64,000 bases of DNA. Origin: a virus. The stretch is taken from IMG/VR virus record IMGVR_UViG_3300010885_020282, positions 1 to 64,000 of that record; one strand, given 5' to 3'. A model generated the notes under the pieces. It did no database searches. It was not told the DNA's origin and saw nothing but the letters and a program-made list of their open reading frames with translations. Below are positions 57,423 through 64,000 of the stretch, in pieces (positions within the stretch are counted from its first letter, which is position 1; each line of letters begins with the position of its first letter). Both the position numbers and the translations under genes were made by a program.

Positions 57423-58750
57423 ATGATCTAGAATTCCGTACTACAGTATTGGACCCACTTAGCGATAGTTTTTGTGCAGCCAAATGGTACAATGCAACCA
57501 TTTGGTTGGGCAGTGGCATGACCACCAGTTGCCATCATCCCCCGGCCCATTTAGTCGACAAAGATAAAGTCGGTGCTAACCCTAGGCTGTTGCACAACAC
57601 TGATCAAAAGAAAGACGATCGCAGAAAGATGCTCACAGGCGAACGACCTGCAGGCTGCGAATACTGTTGGAAAATTGAAGACATGGGTCGCGATGCCATC
57701 AGTGACCGTGTGTATAAAAGTAAAATTTATCCTATCCACGCATTAAAGGAAGCATATGAAACACCTGTTGAACAAGATGTCAACTTACGTACCTTGGAAA
57801 TTGCTTTTGACCGTACTTGCCAGTTTGCTTGTAGCTACTGCAATCCTGCTTTTAGTAGCACATGGGTTCGAGATATACGAAACAACGGCGCTTACAAGGG
57901 CTTGGTTAGCGATGGCAGGAATCATTTTACTCATGATCACGCTGCCGCTCAACTTTACAAATTCGGAGAAAGAAATCCCTACGTGGACGCATTCTTTGCC
58001 TGGTGGGAAAGCGACCTCCATAGAACACTCCAAGAGCTTAGAATAACCGGTGGTGAGCCACTGATGTCAGGATATACCTGGAAACTGATTGATTGGTTCA
58101 AAGAAAACCAAGGCAAGTCAACCACACGACTTGCTATCAACAGCAATCTTGGTACTGATGTAGATGTTGATAGACTGCTATCCAGTATTGACGGAATGGC
58201 AATAGATCTTTACACGTCAAATGAAGCTGTGGGAGTCCAAGCCGAATACATACGTGATGGACTTGTGTGGCAAGACTGGGTTGACAATGTTGAACGTTTG
58301 TTAGCAAGCAAAAAGTTCCGTGGCATACACGTCATGTGCACAATCAATGCTTTGTGCTTGGACACCTTGGATCAACTGCTAGAGTGCATAATGGAATGGA
58401 AATCCAAACACGGTCGTGACGCTATCAGTTTTACACTCAATATTTTGCGTTTTCCTAGCTTTCAGTCCCCCTTGGTGTTGCCCAATACAACACGCATGAT
58501 TTACCGGCAAAGACTAATCACATGGTTAGAACACTACCACAATTCAATATTCTTACATGAGCATGAGCTCAATCATGTTCAACGACTAGTAGATTACCTA
58601 GACGTAGTAAAGACCCCGCACAGTGAAGCATTTGAAATGCCCAAACTCCTAAATGATTTTAAACAGTTCTATACACAGTACGATACTCGGCGTAGCAAGA
58701 ACTTTGTAAAAACATTTCCAGCATTAACTGATTGGTACAACACCTTATGA
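57419..58750 (+). CDS. Radical SAM protein with N-terminal Twitch-like domain
   Basis: CAAKW...SCHHP...GCEYCW, then CQFACSYC and TGGEP. Confidence 0.9.
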   Translation: MNDLEFRTTVLDPLSDSFCAAKWYNATIWLGSGMTTSCHHPPAHLVDKDKVGANPRLLHNTDQKKDDRRKMLTGERPAGCEYCWKIEDMGRDAISDRVYKSKIYPIHALKEAYETPVEQDVNLRTLEIAFDRTCQFACSYCNPAFSSTWVRDIRNNGAYKGLVSDGRNHFTHDHAAAQLYKFGERNPYVDAFFAWWESDLHRTLQELRITGGEPLMSGYTWKLIDWFKENQGKSTTRLAINSNLGTDVDVDRLLSSIDGMAIDLYTSNEAVGVQAEYIRDGLVWQDWVDNVERLLASKKFRGIHVMCTINALCLDTLDQLLECIMEWKSKHGRDAISFTLNILRFPSFQSPLVLPNTTRMIYRQRLITWLEHYHNSIFLHEHELNHVQRLVDYLDVVKTPHSEAFEMPKLLNDFKQFYTQYDTRRSKNFVKTFPALTDWYNTL

Positions 58751-60444
58751 ACTTTGATCAAGCACTAGACGCATGCCGTCGAGAATTTGATATTGTTGCT
58801 GAAATTGATTTAGCAAAATGGGGCACAGATTATGCTCAAGGCCAACAATGGTTGGAAACGATTTTGCGAGAGATTCGTCGCGATGTATTTGCGCCCCAAG
58901 AACTCATTGTGTTATTACATCGACAAGATTTTTTCACTCCTGATAGTCGAGTTGGGCTGATCTTAAAGAACCTACAAGTACTGCTCAACGAAGTAGATAT
59001 CAGCAATTATTTTGTACGTGTGCTCTCCAGCGATCCCAACATTGATCAAACTCGCTTGTGGTTGTTGTCAAACAGTACCGACACTGTGCCTCTGACCATT
59101 GATGCAGTTGATGACCAGTTTGATGCAGTAGAGTTAACACACCACCCGGCTAGCTTAAAAGAAACGTATCAATACGGCAGTAGCAATCCTTTAAAAATTA
59201 ATATACAAGACTTGTCCTTGCGCGAGCGTGAATTACTCACAGAATCAAAAACGTTTTGCATGTATCCTTGGATTCATTTACACGCATTTCCCACGGGTGA
59301 TGCACATCCTTGTTGCTACAGCGAAATGTCTCATCAGATTGGACACACAAAAGAAAATACCCTAGCCGAAATATGGAATGATCAGCCCATGCGTGATTTG
59401 CGCATACGCATGCTCAACAACGAGACTAGTGGTGCGTGTAAGAAATGTTATGAACAAGAAGCCAACGGGTTTTTTAGTGGACGACAAAGCGCCAACAAAC
59501 ATCACGGGCATCATGTTCAACGTGCGTTGGCTACGCATGATAACGGGCACCTAGATCAATTTGAAATGACATACTGGGATATTCGTTTCAGTAATCTTTG
59601 TAATTTAAGTTGCCGCAGTTGCGGGCATATTTTTAGTTCAAGTTGGTACAAAGATCAAAGCCAATTGGCCGGGCCCGAATGGGCGCAACGACATCAAGTA
59701 TTAAACTTTGCCGGGCGTACTCAAACTGATATCTGGGAACAACTGGTGCCGCACCTGGATTACGTGGAACAAATTTACTTTGCTGGTGGTGAGCCCTTGA
59801 TGATGGACGAGCATTATCGTATTCTTGAAGAGCTTGAACGTCGTGGCCGCTTTGATGTTAGATTAATCTACAACACCAACTTCACACAAGTACGACTCAA
59901 AGATCGCATGGTATTTGATTATTGGAAACGATTCGACAGCGTTAGTGTGGGCGCCAGTTTAGATGACATGGGGCCACGTGGCGAATACGTTCGAAAAGGC
60001 ACACGCTGGGCCACAGTTGAAGCCAATCGTGAAAGAATGATGCAGGAATGTCCACGTGTGGACTTTTATATTAGTCCCACACTTAGCATTTTAAACGCTT
60101 GGAGCCTGCCAGACTTTCATCGCAATTGGGTTGAACAAGGCTTTATCCGTGCACAAGATTTAAATGTCAACATACTGCAAGACCCTGTGCACTATAGAAT
60201 TGATATTGCACCCAGTGAATACAAAGCACGTTTAACTGAAAAGTATCAACAACACATTGAATGGCTACGCCCACAAGACGCTCTGGCCCGTGCCACGGTG
60301 GGGTTTGAAAGTGCTGTTACACTCATGAATAGCACAGACAATACTCATTTTATCGATACGTTTTGGCGCAAAACACACGAGCTTGACAGTATTAGAAACG
60401 AATCTTGGTCCGACATCATACCCGAATTAAAGGCACTATTATGA
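58747..60444 (+). CDS. Radical SAM protein with Twitch-like domain and an extra N-terminal domain
   Basis: FCMYPW...PCC...ACKKCY, then CNLSCRSC and AGGEP; ATGA start at 58747. Confidence 0.9.
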   Translation: MNFDQALDACRREFDIVAEIDLAKWGTDYAQGQQWLETILREIRRDVFAPQELIVLLHRQDFFTPDSRVGLILKNLQVLLNEVDISNYFVRVLSSDPNIDQTRLWLLSNSTDTVPLTIDAVDDQFDAVELTHHPASLKETYQYGSSNPLKINIQDLSLRERELLTESKTFCMYPWIHLHAFPTGDAHPCCYSEMSHQIGHTKENTLAEIWNDQPMRDLRIRMLNNETSGACKKCYEQEANGFFSGRQSANKHHGHHVQRALATHDNGHLDQFEMTYWDIRFSNLCNLSCRSCGHIFSSSWYKDQSQLAGPEWAQRHQVLNFAGRTQTDIWEQLVPHLDYVEQIYFAGGEPLMMDEHYRILEELERRGRFDVRLIYNTNFTQVRLKDRMVFDYWKRFDSVSVGASLDDMGPRGEYVRKGTRWATVEANRERMMQECPRVDFYISPTLSILNAWSLPDFHRNWVEQGFIRAQDLNVNILQDPVHYRIDIAPSEYKARLTEKYQQHIEWLRPQDALARATVGFESAVTLMNSTDNTHFIDTFWRKTHELDSIRNESWSDIIPELKALL

Positions 60445-61655
60445 ATATTCCACACGATCAATTCTGCGTACTGCCCTGGGTTAGTCTAGAAGCCTCGCCT
60501 ATTGGTACTGTGCGTCCGTGTTGTCTAGCCGACGATGAGATTGTAGATGACACAGGCAATAAATTTGTATTAGCCACAGCTGACTTCTCTAACATACAAA
60601 ACAGCAGTCACATGCGCCAATTGCGTGAACAGTTTTTGCGTGGAGAAAAACCACAGACTTGCCGCAAGTGTTGGAATGAAGAAAGTGCAGGGCGCACTAG
60701 CAAACGTATGCACACCCTAGATCGACTCAAGCACATGTTGCCAGATCAAGACTGGACTGTAGATGCCAAGCCACTAATGTTTTTGGATTTGAAACTGGGC
60801 AACATCTGCAACTTGAAATGTCGCATTTGTGGATCTTGGTCCAGCTCACAATTTGCCGCAGAGGAAATCAGTTTTACTCGCCCCGAGCAACGCAAGCAAA
60901 GTCATGCATATCAAATGTTAAGAGCCGGTGCCTGGCCACAAGACAACACACAGTTTTGGAATCAAATTGATGAATCATTAAATGACATACGCTATATTGA
61001 ATTCACTGGTGGTGAGCCATTCATGATTCGTGAACACTTTGTGATGTTACAAGGCATTGTAGACCGTGGCATTGCAGGCAACGTAGAAATACATTACAAC
61101 ACAAATGGTACAATTTATCCTGAAGAAGCTGAAGAGATCTGGAAGCATTTCAAAACAGTAGAAATTGCATTCAGTATTGACGACCTAGGAGATCGATTTG
61201 AATACCAACGTACTAATGCCAAATGGCCCGAAGTGCAAGAAAACATCGAAAAGTTTTTTAAACTAAAAAGATACCTACCAAGTATTATACAATTACAAGT
61301 GTGTACGACTGTGAATATTTTCAACGTTCGATACATAGATCAAGTAGCGCAATGGTTAGATGGCAGACCTTTTAATTTTGTATACTGGAACATGATGCAT
61401 GATGCTTGGTATTTCAGTATTGCCAACTTACCCGGTCCAGCCAAACAAGCAATCCAAGAGCATTTGAATTCAGCTGACATACCCCAAAAATATCAAGCAG
61501 AATTTCAACGCATTATAGAATTCATGACTCGAGGCCCAGACAGCAGTGGAGAAGTCTTACTGAGAGAAATTGCCAATCTAGACCGGCGCCGAGAACAAAA
61601 TCTCAACATAGCCATGCCTGAACTGGCTAAAATGTTGAACTACGTTGGACCATGA
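60441..61655 (+). CDS. Radical SAM protein with N-terminal Twitch-like domain
   Basis: FCVLPW...PCC...TCRKCW, then CNLKCRIC and TGGEP; ATGA start at 60441. Confidence 0.9.
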   Translation: MNIPHDQFCVLPWVSLEASPIGTVRPCCLADDEIVDDTGNKFVLATADFSNIQNSSHMRQLREQFLRGEKPQTCRKCWNEESAGRTSKRMHTLDRLKHMLPDQDWTVDAKPLMFLDLKLGNICNLKCRICGSWSSSQFAAEEISFTRPEQRKQSHAYQMLRAGAWPQDNTQFWNQIDESLNDIRYIEFTGGEPFMIREHFVMLQGIVDRGIAGNVEIHYNTNGTIYPEEAEEIWKHFKTVEIAFSIDDLGDRFEYQRTNAKWPEVQENIEKFFKLKRYLPSIIQLQVCTTVNIFNVRYIDQVAQWLDGRPFNFVYWNMMHDAWYFSIANLPGPAKQAIQEHLNSADIPQKYQAEFQRIIEFMTRGPDSSGEVLLREIANLDRRREQNLNIAMPELAKMLNYVGP

Positions 61656-62941
61656 CCGCTCCCAAAACACTATGCCTAGCGCCTTGGACGCATACATATC
61701 TATCGCCTCAAACCGAGCGCAGGATGTGTTGTGCATCTAGAGAGCCTGCACAAAGTTTTCGACAATACATAGATACTAGTGCAGGTACCGGCGAATATCA
61801 ACCAGTTAGTCTAGAACAGCACTGGAATAGTGATCACATGCGTGATGTACGACAGCGCATGATAGCTGGCGAAACTCTGCCAGAATGTGATGTATGCAAT
61901 AGCAAACTGTTGAATACTGCTGTGTACAGAGACTATTTCAACCAGTTGTTTGCACACAAACTAGACGAAGTTTATACATCTACAGATGCAACAGGTGCAA
62001 CTACAATGAAACCTGTGAGTTGGGACTATCGGTTTAGCAATCTCTGCAACTTCAAGTGTCGCATGTGCGGTGACATGTTGTCAAGCTCTTGGGAAACTGA
62101 ACAACGACAGCATGGCATGGTAGACCTTGACAATCCCAAAAACAACTGGATGATTCCTGAAGTTCGCAAAACTATTAGCCAATTTCAAGACACTCAGATT
62201 GAACAAGAATTCTCAGATGCTGTGGAACAACATCGTGTTGAGGAAGTGTACTGGGTAGGTGGTGAGCCATTGATGTACGAACAACATTGGCGTTACATGA
62301 GACGCATAGTTGAACTAGGTGACGGGCCTCGGGTGTATGCAAGATACAATACCAATCTTTCTAGAGTTGATTATCGTGGCGTTAATCTATATCGAGATAT
62401 TCTGGCTAATGTTCGCGATTGGCAGATTTGTGCCAGTCTTGACGGAACAGGGGTAATAGGAGAATACATCAGAACCGGACTTGACTATGACGAATTTTGT
62501 AGTAACTTTGAACAAGGTCTAACCTATCAACGTAGCCGGAGACAAATGCGCCTAGACTTTACACTCACACTGCCAGGCATGTTTGAAGTTGGCGCCATAC
62601 AGCAACTGGCAACTCGGTATGATGTAGACATTTTGGCCAAAGTAGTGTTCTCTTTTAGTCCAGACATTGTCATGAGTCCATTAGCGTTACCACGTGAGTT
62701 ATTGGAGCCCTGGATTGACGAGCTGGTGTCTTGTAGCACTGGCGCTGTTCAAGATGTGCTAACACAACTAAAACTACGACCCACATTTGCAGAACAATGG
62801 CCAGATCAATATCAAGCAGGGCTTGCAAAAGGCAAAGCTCGTGTGTTAAAATTAGAAAGCATACGCACAGCCTCTACTTCAATGGCTGAAATATTGAGCC
62901 AAAGGCCGGCAATAAAGAAATGGTGGGATCAAATTGATTGA
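61652..62941 (+). CDS. Radical SAM protein with N-terminal Twitch-like domain
   Basis: LCLAPW...MCC...ECDVC, then CNFKCRMC and VGGEP. Confidence 0.9.
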   Translation: MTAPKTLCLAPWTHTYLSPQTERRMCCASREPAQSFRQYIDTSAGTGEYQPVSLEQHWNSDHMRDVRQRMIAGETLPECDVCNSKLLNTAVYRDYFNQLFAHKLDEVYTSTDATGATTMKPVSWDYRFSNLCNFKCRMCGDMLSSSWETEQRQHGMVDLDNPKNNWMIPEVRKTISQFQDTQIEQEFSDAVEQHRVEEVYWVGGEPLMYEQHWRYMRRIVELGDGPRVYARYNTNLSRVDYRGVNLYRDILANVRDWQICASLDGTGVIGEYIRTGLDYDEFCSNFEQGLTYQRSRRQMRLDFTLTLPGMFEVGAIQQLATRYDVDILAKVVFSFSPDIVMSPLALPRELLEPWIDELVSCSTGAVQDVLTQLKLRPTFAEQWPDQYQAGLAKGKARVLKLESIRTASTSMAEILSQRPAIKKWWDQID

Positions 62942-63965
62942 AATAGATTTACGCAGTGAACAAGGTCACCTGCACACAGTGTACGTCAACGTACATGACA
63001 ACAGTCTAAGTCAAAAGTGGTTGGCTGCATTGAATCACCTAATCGAGCACAACTACCATCTAGAAAAAAATTACTGCTGGTTTGGCTTTCCTGGTAATTC
63101 TAGAAATCCCGAATACTTGTGTACGCAGATAAACCGCAGTATCAAGGCAATCAATGCCGCAGGACTAGGTTATACTATCAATGATTGGTTTAGTCCTGCC
63201 AATACAATAGCTTCAGATGATGGAATTGATCATGCACACATGAATGACTTGCACAGATACTTTGAAGACCTGCAAGGAGTAAGTGGTGCACTGAGTCCCT
63301 ATTACCAGGCAGCTGATGCTGAAACACGCTGGCACATACGACAGTTGAACTTGTTGTGTCATGAGCATGAAAGTTTGATACTAAGCATACGCAAAGCAAA
63401 CACAGCCCCAGATTGGCAACGACCCAGCCAACTCATGTGTTGGTTAAATGCTCCACGGTTTGCACTAGATGCTGAGGATTATGAATTGTTTGGTGTAGAC
63501 ACAATCAGTCGTGATCTTGGAGGGGTTTATCTGGGTGTAAACAAAGCTGTGGGTAAACACCATTGGGAAGTGTTCAACGATGAAGGCCGGGACAGTCGCA
63601 TTGCAGAACTAACTACCAGCACACTTAAATCGCAAACAGAAGCAGCCGGGGATTTTGATATAGAGTGGGGACAAAGTCCTGCAGGGCACGACTGGCAAGA
63701 ATCTAAACTGACAGACTTTCGCACTTGGCTAACAGCAAACGGGTTTGATCCCAAGGACCCAAGGCTAACAATTGGGCACCCGCAAGTGGCACAAGTTGAT
63801 TTGGATCGTAGTTTTGGTACAAACAATCATCGCGACATATGGAACTGCTTAAATACACACCTAGACGTGGCAGCTATACGCACAGAAACTGCCAGTGCTG
63901 AATACAATTATCGCTGGAGCGATGCAGATTTTGTTCAGCGTCAGATTGACATCATCAAAGGATAA
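62934..63965 (+). CDS. Hypothetical protein in the modification island
   Basis: 343-aa ORF overlapping the previous stop; NDLHRYFE and NLLCHEHE motifs; start codon uncertain (TTG). Confidence 0.7.
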   Translation: MIEIDLRSEQGHLHTVYVNVHDNSLSQKWLAALNHLIEHNYHLEKNYCWFGFPGNSRNPEYLCTQINRSIKAINAAGLGYTINDWFSPANTIASDDGIDHAHMNDLHRYFEDLQGVSGALSPYYQAADAETRWHIRQLNLLCHEHESLILSIRKANTAPDWQRPSQLMCWLNAPRFALDAEDYELFGVDTISRDLGGVYLGVNKAVGKHHWEVFNDEGRDSRIAELTTSTLKSQTEAAGDFDIEWGQSPAGHDWQESKLTDFRTWLTANGFDPKDPRLTIGHPQVAQVDLDRSFGTNNHRDIWNCLNTHLDVAAIRTETASAEYNYRWSDADFVQRQIDIIKG

Positions 63966-63969
63966 CACC

Positions 63970-64000
63970 ATGCAATGGATACGCAATTTAATCAATCGGA
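63970..64000 (+). CDS. Start of the next ORF, truncated by the window edge
   Basis: ATG at 63970 after AAGGA; open to the end (MQWIRNLINR). Confidence 0.45.
   Translation, partial: MQWIRNLINR

Noticed and set aside
54902-62941. RiPP cluster (radical SAM/SPASM peptide maturases) or 7-deazaguanine/QueE DNA-modification pathway
   Set aside because: No precursor peptide, RRE/PqqD domain, transporter, or folE/queC/queD/dpdA genes are visible in the window; the neighbours are glycosyltransferase-like. Not excluded for genes outside the window.
1-64000. Alternative genetic code (stop-codon recoding as in some large phages)
   Set aside because: Code 11 gives full-length, densely packed genes, and TAA, TAG and TGA all terminate recognisable genes.

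Overview
A 64 kb segment of a large T4-like myovirus genome, standard genetic code and very gene-dense. No tRNA, rRNA, CRISPR array, intein or transposase was seen. Layout: (1) 1-8842, minus strand: head module (major capsid gp23 truncated at the window edge, scaffold gp22, protease gp21, acidic core protein, portal gp20) behind a tape-measure-like gene carrying a lysozyme domain. (2) 8897-12283, plus strand: gp26/gp51-like tail chaperones that appear joined by a -1 ribosomal frameshift, then a small cassette including an aminoacyl-tRNA-protein-transferase-like ORF. (3) 12284-12705: a ~420-nt highly structured non-coding region directly downstream of a small GIY-YIG nuclease gene. (4) 12706-19441, minus strand: late sigma gp55, gp47 and gp46, interleaved with modification-type genes. 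(5) 19557-50056, plus strand: baseplate/tail module (gp48-, gp53-, hub-, gp5-, gp25- and gp6-like genes, a 4717-aa giant and fibre-like genes). (6) 50123-64000, plus strand: a translationally coupled island of glycosyltransferase-like and SGNH-like genes plus five paralogous radical SAM enzymes with an N-terminal Twitch/SPASM-like domain. The most interesting candidates are the GIY-YIG-linked structured RNA, the radical SAM/glycosyl modification island, the chaperone frameshift and the ATE1/Bpt-like transferase. All family calls come from motif recognition by eye; no database search was run.
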